Below, in pieces: positions 9,182-22,227 of a stretch of 45,516 nt of DNA. How positions within the stretch are numbered: position 1 is the stretch's first letter; the number at the start of each line of letters is the position of its first letter. The notes under the pieces are model-generated. The model had not been told where the DNA came from. It made no database searches and was given only the letters and a program-made list of their open reading frames with translations. The translations under genes and the position numbers were made by a program. The stretch is taken from sequence record SRR22947727_462; one strand, written 5' to 3'.

Positions 9182-9724
9182 TCAATCGCGCGGGGCATGC
9201 TTGCTTAAAATTCGTTGCAATGTGCGGCGATGCATTCTTAGCCGGCGCGCGGTTTCTGATACATTGCGTCCACATTGTTCATAAACGCGCTGAATATGTT
9301 CCCAGCGCACCCTATCCGCACTCATTGGATCTTGCGGTGGTGGTGGCATTTCATCACCCGATTGCGTTAATGCTGCGGTGATCTGATCAGGATCAGCCGG
9401 TTTTGGCAGATAATCTAGCGCGCCAGCTTTGACCGCCGCGACCGCCGTGGCGATATTGCCAAAACCGGTTAGCATCACGATTCGGCAATCGGCGCGTTTT
9501 TTGCGCAATTCCTGAACCAAGGTCAGGCCGGTGCCATCTTCAAGCTTCATATCAAGAATGGCATAGGCAGGTGGAGTTTTGCGCACCATCTCGACGCCTT
9601 CTTGAACAGTGCCGGCATCCATGACCTCGAACCCGCGCACTTCCATGGCGCGGCGCAGCCGGCCGCGAAGCGGCGCATCATCGTCAAGAATCAGTAAGGT
9701 TTTATCCGTCACAGCTATGCCCAC
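9182..9724 (-). CDS. regA: Redox response regulator RegA/PrrA/ActR
   Basis: Receiver domain, LTGFGNIATAVAAVK, PMSADRVRWEHIQRVYE.CGRNVSETARRL.MHRRTLQRIL. Start may be GTG 9712. Confidence 0.95.
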   Translation of the reverse strand: MGIAVTDKTLLILDDDAPLRGRLRRAMEVRGFEVMDAGTVQEGVEMVRKTPPAYAILDMKLEDGTGLTLVQELRKKRADCRIVMLTGFGNIATAVAAVKAGALDYLPKPADPDQITAALTQSGDEMPPPPQDPMSADRVRWEHIQRVYEQCGRNVSETARRLRMHRRTLQRILSKHAPRD

Positions 9725-9816
9725 CCAAACCAGTTTATCAGTCTAACAACCCTAATCTTGTCGATTCAGCCCTTGTCGATCCAACTTAGATCCCAATCAA
9801 CCAAATGCCGCATCCG

Positions 9817-11100
9817 TTACAAGGCTGAACGCGGTACCCATAATTCAACCAGCCCGCCGCCGCCAGCCGCATTGCCAAACTGCACCGAGCCGCCAATCGA
9901 TTCGAGCAGGCTTCGCGCAATAAACAGACCAAGGCCACGATGCCCACCGGTTCCTTTGCGGCTACTATTCCAGGGCTGGCCCGCCTGCGCCAGAATCGAA
10001 GCCGAAAATCCCGGGCCGTCATCCCGAATTTCAATGCGAATATTATCGCTTATCCAATCTATATGGATATTGACCTCACGAACTGCAAATTGTTTGGCAT
10101 TTTGTAATAGATTTTCCAGCGCATGAACCCATTCAGGGCGTTGTTTCACCAACGGAATTTCAAGATCGTCTGTGCCGCTATTGGTCACGACAAAATTGAT
10201 CGCATCAGTGCCAAGCCGCTGATAAACCACCTCATTCACAAGAAGCGTTACCGGCACTGGCGGTTCTTCGGCAATGGCACGGCGACCTTGAACCACATCA
10301 AGCTCGCTTAGAATCACACGGCAGCGTTCAATTTCGGCACGAAGAAGCTGGATATCTTCATAAATCGGATCATCGGGCGAAATGTCACGCGCCAGTTCAT
10401 GGCCAATCACGGTAATGGTGTTTAATGGCGATCCAAGCTTATGCGCTGCTGCGGTTGCCAAAGACCCAAGCGCACGCACCTGCTGTTCTTCGGCAATGGC
10501 CAATCTTGCTTCGGTCAATGCGGTCGATAAGCGGCGTGCGTTTGATGCAACCCACCATGTATATCCACCCAGAAAACAGCTTGATAAAATCAACGCCATC
10601 CAAACCCCAGCAAGATAATAGGGCGGAAGTTCAACCATCGCTTGCCATGCAAGCGGATGATTGAAAAAAGCCAGAAAACTGACCGAGGCGGCAACCAGAC
10701 CAATCAACATCAAGGTTGATTTGCGCCGTAACACGGCTGCCGACACCACTACCGGCGCCAGAATCATAACCGAAAACGGGTTTAACAAGCCGCCTGTTAG
10801 GTAAAGAAGCGCTGCTAGCTGCACCACATCAAATCCAAGCGCAAAGGAATTATGCCGATGGCGTTGACGGCTTTGCGGGCTTTGCGGGCTTTGCATGATT
10901 TGCCACAGATTCACTGCGACCGACAGGCTAATCACAAACAGCGCTGGCAATAATGGCAAATCAAGCTGCAAAAACAGGTGGGTGAATAAAAGCGCTGCGC
11001 CTTGGCCAATGATCGCCACCCACCGGATGGTCAAAATCACCCCGACATCAATGGTGCTGTCAAAACCGGCATCGGCATCTTCGTAATATTGCCGAATCAT
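9817..11100 (-). CDS. regB: Redox sensor histidine kinase RegB/PrrB/ActS
   Basis: IRWVAIIGQ, quinone-site LYLTGGLLNPF, redox Cys in ERCRVIL, N-box ENLLQNA, G-boxes DDGPGF and GLGLFIA; atypical H-box AAHKLGSP. Confidence 0.92.
   Translation of the reverse strand: MIRQYYEDADAGFDSTIDVGVILTIRWVAIIGQGAALLFTHLFLQLDLPLLPALFVISLSVAVNLWQIMQSPQSPQSRQRHRHNSFALGFDVVQLAALLYLTGGLLNPFSVMILAPVVVSAAVLRRKSTLMLIGLVAASVSFLAFFNHPLAWQAMVELPPYYLAGVWMALILSSCFLGGYTWWVASNARRLSTALTEARLAIAEEQQVRALGSLATAAAHKLGSPLNTITVIGHELARDISPDDPIYEDIQLLRAEIERCRVILSELDVVQGRRAIAEEPPVPVTLLVNEVVYQRLGTDAINFVVTNSGTDDLEIPLVKQRPEWVHALENLLQNAKQFAVREVNIHIDWISDNIRIEIRDDGPGFSASILAQAGQPWNSSRKGTGGHRGLGLFIARSLLESIGGSVQFGNAAGGGGLVELWVPRSAL
10869..10894. 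repeat. 9-bp tandem repeat (GGCTTTGCG, about 3 copies) inside regB
   Basis: ggctttgcg ggctttgcg ggctttgc; encodes QSPQSPQS on the minus strand. Confidence 0.85.
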
Positions 11101-11139
11101 TATTTTATGTCCTTTATTTTTGCCAGTTTCTAGCCTGCA

Positions 11140-14804
<3,665 letters not shown>

Positions 14805-14811
14805 ATGTCAC

Positions 14812-15915
14812 TCACACGCGCATTGGCATCAAAACAAACAAGCTCGCTTCATCACCCGGGGCGCGCACCAAACTTGGCGACCCCTGATCAGCCAGCGCAA
14901 ATTCAATCATATCGCTATTCACCTGACCGGCAATATCCAACAGATAACGCGCGTTAAAGCCAATTTCCATTTCAGGGCCATCATAGCTGACTTCTAATTC
15001 TTCGGTCGCGCTTGAGGCATCGGTATTGCTGGCAGATAAGGTTAAAACACCTGACCTTAGACCCATTTTAACCGACCGCGACTTTTCTGAAGCAATTGTC
15101 GATACACGATCAACCGCGGCAGAAAAGGCGCTGACATCAACCTGCATGATGCGGTCATTTCCAACCGGAATAACACGCGTATAATCAGGGAATGTGCCAT
15201 CAATCAATTTACTGGTCAGGCGCACAACGCCAAACCGGAATTCAGCCCGTGTTTCGGACAGGCCGATAAGAACATCACCGTCAAAATCATCAAGCAGCTT
15301 GCGCAATTCGTTAACGGCTTTGCGCGGCAAAATAATTGACGGCATTTGCGCGGCACCTGACGGCAATGCCTGACGGGTCATCGCCAAACGATGCCCATCG
15401 GTTGCCACGGCGCATAATTCACCGGATTCGGCCTTGTGAATATAAATACCATTCAGGTAATAACGCGTTTCTTCAGTCGAAATGGCAAATCTTGTAGCAT
15501 CAATCAAATCGCGCATATCAGCGGCGGTGAGCGAGAAATTCACCGGCAATTCATTGCTGCTGATCGCCGGAAAATCTTCAACCGGCAAGGTTGGCAGCCG
15601 AAAGCTAGAGCGTCCGGCGCTAACCATGGCATGACCGTCATTGACCGCAATTTCAACTTCGGCACCATCGGGCAATTTACGGGCAATGTCATAGAGCAGA
15701 TGCGCCGACATGGTGGTTGTACCGGATGTCATCACCGAACAACCAACTTCGGTGGCAATATCCATATCCATATCGGTTGCCGTTAGCGATAATTCACCCT
15801 CTTCGGCACGAAGCACGACATTGGCAAGAATGGGAATTGTATTGCGCCGTTCAACAACGGATTGCACATGACCCAGGGGCCGCAATAAGCTCATACGATC
15901 AATGGTCAGTTTCAT
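14812..15915 (-). CDS. dnaN: DNA polymerase III beta sliding clamp
   Basis: VERRNTIPIL, ETRYYLNG, ATDGHRLA, KLIDGTFPDY, VLMPMRV. Confidence 0.98.
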   Translation of the reverse strand: MKLTIDRMSLLRPLGHVQSVVERRNTIPILANVVLRAEEGELSLTATDMDMDIATEVGCSVMTSGTTTMSAHLLYDIARKLPDGAEVEIAVNDGHAMVSAGRSSFRLPTLPVEDFPAISSNELPVNFSLTAADMRDLIDATRFAISTEETRYYLNGIYIHKAESGELCAVATDGHRLAMTRQALPSGAAQMPSIILPRKAVNELRKLLDDFDGDVLIGLSETRAEFRFGVVRLTSKLIDGTFPDYTRVIPVGNDRIMQVDVSAFSAAVDRVSTIASEKSRSVKMGLRSGVLTLSASNTDASSATEELEVSYDGPEMEIGFNARYLLDIAGQVNSDMIEFALADQGSPSLVRAPGDEASLFVLMPMRV

Positions 15916-16092
15916 CAGCTTTCTCTACTTTTAGGGCAGTTGTCGTATTTTTACTATGCCGGTTTCCGGCCAATCCACGCTTTCTACAAAATATAGCATG
16001 AGATTAACAAACAAGCATCAAAATATTGAATTTTTACCGATTCGCGCCCGACATAGCGCGGCGCCGGATTCAGCCATGAAAAAAGCCGATTT

Positions 16093-17598
16093 CTAGCCCG
16101 CTAGAATTGATTTTAACAGCTGCACATCTTCGGCAAGCTGACCATCACTTTTCGACAGTGACTCGATGGTTTTGACAGCATGCATCACCGTTGTATGGTC
16201 ACGCCCACCAAATTGCCGTCCGATATCAGGATAGGATAGCGAGGTCAGGTTTTTCGCAAGATACATGGCCACTTGCCGTGGCCGCGCAATATCGCGTGAC
16301 CGACGCGCCGAGAACATTTCGCTTACCCGAACATCATAATGTGCGGCAACGCGTTTCTGGATCGCATCAACACTGACCTGCCGGCTGCTTGCGCGAAGCA
16401 GATCGGCCAATAATTCAGCCGAGCTTTCAATGGTGATTTCCCGGCCAACAAGCATGGCATGCGCCAAAATGCGGTTTAACGCACCTTCGAGTTCGCGAAC
16501 ATTGCTGGCAATGCGATGCGCCATGAATTCCAACACTTTATCGGCAATTTGCACCGGTGCATGCTCGGCCTTTGACTGCAAGATGCCAAGCCGCAATTCA
16601 TAATCGGCAGGATGGATATCAGCCACCATGCCCCAGCCAAGACGCGAGCGGAGCCGCTCTTCCATACCTTCAAGATCGGTTGGTGATTTATCGGCTGAGA
16701 TGATGACTTGGCGGCCATCTTCGACAAGCGAATTAAATGTGTGAAAAAATTCTTCTTGGGTTGAGTCCTTGCCACTGATGAATTGCACATCATCAATCAT
16801 CAACACATCAACCGAACGGAACTGTTCTTTGAATGACATCGTATCGCGAAAGCGCAAAGCGCGAACAAAGCGATACATGAATTTTTCAGCCGACAGATAT
16901 AAAACCTTGCGCAATGGTGATTGCTGGCGGATATGCCAGGCAATGGCATGCATAAGATGCGTTTTGCCAAGACCAACACCGCCATAGAGAAATAACGGGT
17001 TAAAGGCCACTTTCTCGCTTTCGGCGGTTCGGCGGGCAACGGCAAAAGCCAGCTCATTTGGCTTGCCAACAACAAAATTTGCAAATGTATAGCGCGGATC
17101 AAGACCCGCTTTCAGATCATCACGCCCTTTGGTTGCTGATCCGGTGATCGCCGAATGTGCCGCAGTTGGTGCCTGTTTCTGTTCGCTTAGCCGATGTGGT
17201 TGGCCGTTGCGGGCACGATTGCTGGCAAGCCGCACCTCAACATGCCGAATCGCCGGTGATACATCATTGAATTCAGCCGCCGAGATCACCCGCAACCGAT
17301 CGGCATATTGGCTGCTAACACGTTCACGCGCCAAGGTTGATTCAGCCTCAAGGGTCAAGGTGCCATCTTCAAGACGGCTGATGCGCAAAGGCTTGATCCA
17401 GTGACGCCAAGCGGCATCACCAATATCTTTTCGCATTCGCAGATTTACCCGGCCCCAGCAAGCCTCAATTGCCTGATCGGCGCTTGCGGTTGATGCTCGC
17501 GATGCTGGTGGGGCTGATGCTGTATGGTCACGCCCGCTACTATCTTGTGGATAAGAGGCTGGCTTTGTATCGGGATTGTTCGACATATCACCAGACAT
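16093..17598 (-). CDS. dnaA: Chromosomal replication initiator DnaA
   Basis: YTFANFVVG, NPLFLYGGVGLGKTHL, IDDVQF, NVRELEGAL, GGRDHTTVMHA. Start placed at ATG 17598 after GGAGG. Confidence 0.97.
   Translation of the reverse strand: MSGDMSNNPDTKPASYPQDSSGRDHTASAPPASRASTASADQAIEACWGRVNLRMRKDIGDAAWRHWIKPLRISRLEDGTLTLEAESTLARERVSSQYADRLRVISAAEFNDVSPAIRHVEVRLASNRARNGQPHRLSEQKQAPTAAHSAITGSATKGRDDLKAGLDPRYTFANFVVGKPNELAFAVARRTAESEKVAFNPLFLYGGVGLGKTHLMHAIAWHIRQQSPLRKVLYLSAEKFMYRFVRALRFRDTMSFKEQFRSVDVLMIDDVQFISGKDSTQEEFFHTFNSLVEDGRQVIISADKSPTDLEGMEERLRSRLGWGMVADIHPADYELRLGILQSKAEHAPVQIADKVLEFMAHRIASNVRELEGALNRILAHAMLVGREITIESSAELLADLLRASSRQVSVDAIQKRVAAHYDVRVSEMFSARRSRDIARPRQVAMYLAKNLTSLSYPDIGRQFGGRDHTTVMHAVKTIESLSKSDGQLAEDVQLLKSILAG
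17546..17554 (-). promoter_or_regulatory. Perfect DnaA box (TTATCCACA) inside the 5' end of dnaA
   Basis: Plus strand tgtggataa. Confidence 0.55.
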
Positions 17599-17957
17599 CT
17601 GCAGAGCCTCCAACGGGTTTCGGTTAATTTTGCCCTAATTGGAGGTTGGCTAAGCAGCGAATGCTGCGCCTGGAACCCACTTCAAGGATGAAAACACAGT
17701 AACGATTTTTTGGCCCTTGTTGCAAGAGGCCAAAGCCCGTCGAAAACAAAATAAACTTGCCAAAAGTGCAGTTATTTTTATTGACATAAACCTTGCGCGA
17801 AAACCGTCAATTCATCGAAAAATTGAACACAATCAATTGCCGAATCGCAAATAGATGATCTTGCGTGCGAAACCCTATCGCTAACTGCTGTTGATCTGCT
17901 GCGCGCGCTAACCGCCAGATCATGGCATGACTCGAATATTGAGTCTCAAAAACCGGC

Positions 17958-17996
17958 AAAAAAAAGCCCGCCCCTCATTTCGAGGAGCAGGCTTTT
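17958..17996 (-). terminator. Rho-independent terminator of rpsT
   Basis: Minus strand AAGCCTGCTCCTC-GAAAT-GAGGGGCGGGC followed by T8. Confidence 0.85.
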
Positions 17997-18036
17997 GAGT
18001 CATATAATGCGAATCGCCGGTTCGGCGATCGGCAGG

Positions 18037-18303
18037 TTACGCTGCGAGGGCTTTGACGCGCGCCGCAAGGCGTGAAATTTTGCGTGATACGGTATTTTTA
18101 TGAAGGATACCACGTGATACGCCGCGCTGCATTTCCGGCTGAGCCTGACGAAGTGCTTCACGTGCCACAGCAGCATCGCCTTCAGCGATTGCCGTTTCGA
18201 CTTTTTTCACAAAAGTGCGGATCCGGCTCATACGGGCGCCATTAATTAAGGCGCGGTTGGCGTTGCGGATGATCCGCTTTTTAGAAGACTTGTGATTTGC
18301 CAT
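18037..18303 (-). CDS. rpsT: 30S ribosomal protein S20
   Basis: [40 protein letters not shown]. Confidence 0.97.
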   Translation of the reverse strand: MANHKSSKKRIIRNANRALINGARMSRIRTFVKKVETAIAEGDAAVAREALRQAQPEMQRGVSRGILHKNTVSRKISRLAARVKALAA

Positions 18304-18350
18304 CGGGTTTTTACGTCCCTGTCGTTCGATAAATACTTAACTGAAGCGGG

Positions 18351-18380
18351 CTTATAAGCTTTTTTTGCTATCATCGTCAA
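18351..18380 (-). promoter_or_regulatory. Putative sigma70 promoter of rpsT
   Basis: Minus strand TTGACG-N18-TATAAG. Confidence 0.5.
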
Positions 18381-18458
18381 GCGCTTTTGCCAACATGCCG
18401 TGATGTGACTTTTAACGCCAGCCTTGGCTGTAGCGCCCAATGCAGCCTTTGGTCATGG

Positions 18459-18860
18459 CTATCGCGGTTGCAACATTAGCCGCCAAAGCGCCCCGCGTGC
18501 CGTTTGCACCTTGCCAATCACCAGCTTTTCCGCGTCGCGAACCCAATTTCCAGCACCACCGGCCCAGCCAAGCTGAGCCAAGGTCTGGCCATAAAATTCC
18601 ATGATGTCATTTTCATCTGCCGCTGTTGACGCAAAAATCATAACGATACGGCCATTTGGCGAATCAAAGGCAAAACCTAATTCAGGCTCGATTTGCCAGC
18701 CCTGCATAATCGGCACATCACCTGCCCACCGGTGCTGCTGCGTTTCAGCTTTGGCAGGTTGGCTAATCAGAAACTGGCCACCGATCAGCGTCAGCATCAT
18801 CAAAGCCGTGATGAAACCGCGGGTTAACGCTGATGCTTTTTTATGACTGAACAGATTCAT
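18459..18860 (-). CDS. Hypothetical exported/periplasmic protein
   Basis: Signal peptide ending AKA; body DVPIM.G..FDSPNGRIV..FY..TL.QLGW; fills the mutM-rpsT gap. Confidence 0.7.
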   Translation of the reverse strand: MNLFSHKKASALTRGFITALMMLTLIGGQFLISQPAKAETQQHRWAGDVPIMQGWQIEPELGFAFDSPNGRIVMIFASTAADENDIMEFYGQTLAQLGWAGGAGNWVRDAEKLVIGKVQTARGALWRLMLQPR

Positions 18861-18915
18861 GTGAATTTACCGCTATTGTTTGGTTGCGTGCTGACTATAA
18901 ACCTAGCGGTGAAAC

Positions 18916-19755
18916 CTAGCCTTGGCAACGAGAACAGTAAAAACTGGATCGGCCAGACTGGATCAAGGTTTTAATCGGTGTGGCACAAACTGGGCAAGGT
19001 TTGCCAGCGCGGCCATAGACCGCAAGACGCTGGACGAAATAACCAATTTCACCGCCGGGTTGAACGTGATCGCGAAGCGATGTGCCGCCATCCTCAATCG
19101 CAGCTCGTAGAACCGTAACAATCGAATTGGCAAGCCGCGCGGCACGTTGACCGCGAATTGAGCCCGCCTTGCGCCGCGGCGAAATCCGCGCATAGAACAA
19201 AGCCTCACTCGCATAGATATTGCCAATTCCAGCCACCAAATGCTGGTTTAACAGCGCGTTCTTGACCGGGCCGGTTCGGCCTTTGAAAACAGCTTGAAGA
19301 TGCGCGCCAGAAAATTCATTACCAAGCGGTTCTGGCCCCATGCCGGCCAGTAATTTGTGGTCAGCCATCGCCGATTCGGCAAAAAGATCAATCCAGCCAA
19401 AACGGCGCGGGTCATTTAACACAACATAGGAGACCCCACCCTGATCATCTGCCGGTGCCATTTCCAGTATGAAATGATCATGTTTGCCAAGCACTGGCTT
19501 GTCTTTATGGATGCGTATCGAGCCTGACATGCCAAGATGAAGCAAAAGCACCTCGCCATTATCAAGCATCATCATCACATATTTGCCGCGCCGCAAAAGG
19601 CGGGTAAATTGGCGTCCGGTAAGGCGTTCAGCCAGATTTTCAGGTAATGGCCAGCGCAAATCCTTGCGGCCAACAAAAGCCGATAACACAGCTCGCCCCT
19701 GCAAAGCGGGGACCAAAGCCAGCTTGACGGTTTCCACCTCGGGCAATTCAGGCAT
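18916..19755 (-). CDS. mutM: Formamidopyrimidine-DNA glycosylase
   Basis: N-terminal MPELPEVE, RRGKY, HLGMSG, GIGNIYASE, zinc finger CPVC..CSRCQ. Confidence 0.97.
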   Translation of the reverse strand: MPELPEVETVKLALVPALQGRAVLSAFVGRKDLRWPLPENLAERLTGRQFTRLLRRGKYVMMMLDNGEVLLLHLGMSGSIRIHKDKPVLGKHDHFILEMAPADDQGGVSYVVLNDPRRFGWIDLFAESAMADHKLLAGMGPEPLGNEFSGAHLQAVFKGRTGPVKNALLNQHLVAGIGNIYASEALFYARISPRRKAGSIRGQRAARLANSIVTVLRAAIEDGGTSLRDHVQPGGEIGYFVQRLAVYGRAGKPCPVCATPIKTLIQSGRSSFYCSRCQG

Positions 19756-19903
19756 TAGACGATCTCTGCTGCAAATGGCACTGAAATGGCAATAACCGTA
19801 TAGTGACAGACCAAAGCGTTAAATGAATTGGTGAAGATCATTTCGAAATTGACTCCAGACTGATATAGATAGACTTGCATTTCGCAATATTAGGATTTCG
19901 ATC

Positions 19904-20707
19904 ATGACAGACCCTGCTTTTGACAAAGCGGATCAGACCATATCACAACCGCGCAATGCGGATCGTGATGACGATACCATAGATTTTGGCTTTCGCACCA
20001 TCCAGCGTGCCGACAAAGCGCGCATGGTGCGCGGCGTATTTGATTCGGTTGCCGATCGTTATGACATTATGAATGATGTGATGAGTGGTGGCATTCACCG
20101 GCTGTGGAAAGCAGCGATGATTGACTGGATGGCACCGCAACCGCATCACAAGCTGATTGATCTTGCCGGCGGCACTGGCGATATCAGTTTGCGGTTTTTG
20201 CGCGGCGGCGGCGGCGGGGCCTGTATTACTGATATCAATCACGCCATGCTTGAGGCGGGGCGTGGGCGGCGTGATTTGCAGCGTCTGGCGCATCGGCTTA
20301 GCTGGTGTGTTGCCAATGCCGAATCACTTCCGTTTGATGATCATAGCGCTGATTTTGTGACCATTGCCTTTGGGTTGCGTAATGTCACTGACCGGCAGGC
20401 CGCCTTGCATGAAGCTTACCGCATTCTCAAACCGGGCGGACGGTTTCTGTGCCTTGAATTTTCGCATGTACAAAGCCGCCCTTTGGCAAAATTATATGAC
20501 AGTTTTTCGTTTAATATTTTGCCGGTCATGGGACAAGTCATCGCTGGTGATGCAGATAGCTATCGCTATCTTGCCGAATCAATCCGCACCTTCCCAAGCA
20601 AGGAAGTGCTTGCCGATATGTTTGCCGAAGCTGGCTTTGCGCAAATCCGGGTGCGCAGCCTGTCTGCGGGTATCGCCTGTATCCATTCTGGCTGGAAGCT
20701 CGATTAA
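19904..20707 (+). CDS. ubiE: Ubiquinone/menaquinone C-methyltransferase
   Basis: VFDSVADRYDIMNDVMSGGIHRLWK, DLAGGTGD, IAFGLRNVT, YRYLAESIR. Confidence 0.95.
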   Translation: MTDPAFDKADQTISQPRNADRDDDTIDFGFRTIQRADKARMVRGVFDSVADRYDIMNDVMSGGIHRLWKAAMIDWMAPQPHHKLIDLAGGTGDISLRFLRGGGGGACITDINHAMLEAGRGRRDLQRLAHRLSWCVANAESLPFDDHSADFVTIAFGLRNVTDRQAALHEAYRILKPGGRFLCLEFSHVQSRPLAKLYDSFSFNILPVMGQVIAGDADSYRYLAESIRTFPSKEVLADMFAEAGFAQIRVRSLSAGIACIHSGWKLD

Positions 20708-22227
20708 TGGCAAAGCGCAGCCTGTCCATGATTCGCGCGCTCATGCGGTTACCGCATATTGCTTGGCATCTTGGGCGTGCAGGGGTTTTGGGGCATGTTG
20801 CCCAGATTACGCTTCTGCCAAGCTGGTTGCGGCATTGCTGCCAGCTTCTTGATAAGGCGGTAAGATCGAAAAGCGCGGTCAATGATGCTGGTGGTGCCTT
20901 ATGTCAGGCTTTGGTCCGGCTCGGGCCGGGCTTTATCAAATTTGGCCAGGCTTTATCAACACGCGCCGATCTGATTGGCCCCGAGCTTGGCCGGTCACTA
21001 ACCATGCTTCAAGACCGTTTACCGCCTTTTGCCGCGGCAAAGGCGCGTCAGATGGTTGCGCAACAGATTGGCCAGCCCATCGAGACCCTATTCAGCCAGT
21101 TTGATGATGCGGCGGTTGCCGCCGCGTCGATTGCGCAGGTGCATCGGGCCACGCTTTGTGACGGGCGTGAGGTGGCGGTGAAACTGCTTCGCCCCGATAT
21201 TGAAAAACATATGCTGGCCGATACGGCGCTTTTCTATTCGCTAGCGCAAATCCTGCAATGGCTGGCACCCGGCCTTCGGCGCCTGCATCTGGTAACAGCG
21301 GTGATACAGTTCAAGCAGCTTTCAGAAATGGAGCTTGATCTGCGCCTCGAAGCGGCGGCGGCAGGACGGCTTGCCGATAATATGCACGATGATGAGGGTA
21401 TTTATGTGCCATGGGTGGATTTGGAAAACAGCTCCAAAGGCATGTTGATCATTGAATGGATCGATGGCATCCGGATTGATGATGTCGACCGCCTGACCAA
21501 GGCTGGCCATGATATTGGAAAAATTACCGAATTTGCGGCGCGCAGCTTTTTCAATCAGGTGTTCCGCGATGGCTATTTTCATGCCGATATGCATCCTGGC
21601 AATATTTTTGTTCGTGCCGATGGCACGCTGGTGCCAATTGATTTTGGCATTATGGGCTATCTCGATTTCCAAGACCGGCTGTTTCTGGCGCGACTGCTCA
21701 GCGCGATGCTTGACCGCAATTATGATATGGTTGCCAAATTACATAAAGAAGCTGGCATGCTTGGCGAGGGGGTTTCGGTCCATCAATTTTCACAATCGGT
21801 TCGCGCGGTTGCTGATCCGGTGATGGGCAAACCGCTTGGCGACGTCTCGCTTGGCGTTGTTCTGGGACAGGTTTTCCAGCTTGCAACCCGCTTTGAAATC
21901 GAAGTACAGCCGCAATATAATCTGTTGCAGAAAACCATGATGATGGCCGAAGGCGTTGCCCGGCAATTAAACCCCAAAGCCGATATGTGGCAATTGGCAC
22001 GGCCAATGGCCGAATCATGGATGCAGCATGAGGCAGGGGTGAAAAAACGCGCCGAACAGCTTGTTGACGAAATGATGCAAATCATCGCACGCGTGCCAAA
22101 ATTGCTCAGCGCTTTTGAAGCCGCACAGCAAAGACCAATTGCGCCGCCACCGCCAACATGGCCCGGGCGGGTTGCTCTGGTTGCGCTTTTGTTTGCCATT
22201 GCAAGTTTTTTCACAAATATTCATTAA
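20707..22227 (+). CDS. ubiB: Ubiquinone biosynthesis kinase-like protein UbiB
   Basis: LGP.FIKFGQALSTRAD, AAASIAQVH, VAVKLLRP, FHADMHPGN, DFGIMG; TAATG overlap with ubiE. Confidence 0.95.
   Translation: MAKRSLSMIRALMRLPHIAWHLGRAGVLGHVAQITLLPSWLRHCCQLLDKAVRSKSAVNDAGGALCQALVRLGPGFIKFGQALSTRADLIGPELGRSLTMLQDRLPPFAAAKARQMVAQQIGQPIETLFSQFDDAAVAAASIAQVHRATLCDGREVAVKLLRPDIEKHMLADTALFYSLAQILQWLAPGLRRLHLVTAVIQFKQLSEMELDLRLEAAAAGRLADNMHDDEGIYVPWVDLENSSKGMLIIEWIDGIRIDDVDRLTKAGHDIGKITEFAARSFFNQVFRDGYFHADMHPGNIFVRADGTLVPIDFGIMGYLDFQDRLFLARLLSAMLDRNYDMVAKLHKEAGMLGEGVSVHQFSQSVRAVADPVMGKPLGDVSLGVVLGQVFQLATRFEIEVQPQYNLLQKTMMMAEGVARQLNPKADMWQLARPMAESWMQHEAGVKKRAEQLVDEMMQIIARVPKLLSAFEAAQQRPIAPPPPTWPGRVALVALLFAIASFFTNIH

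Noticed and set aside
15916-18036. oriC next to dnaA
   Set aside because: No DnaA-box cluster in either flanking spacer; alphaproteobacterial origins are often unlinked to dnaA.
20203-20220. GGC run in ubiE as a phase-variable tract
   Set aside because: In-frame poly-Gly in a variable loop; reading frame intact.
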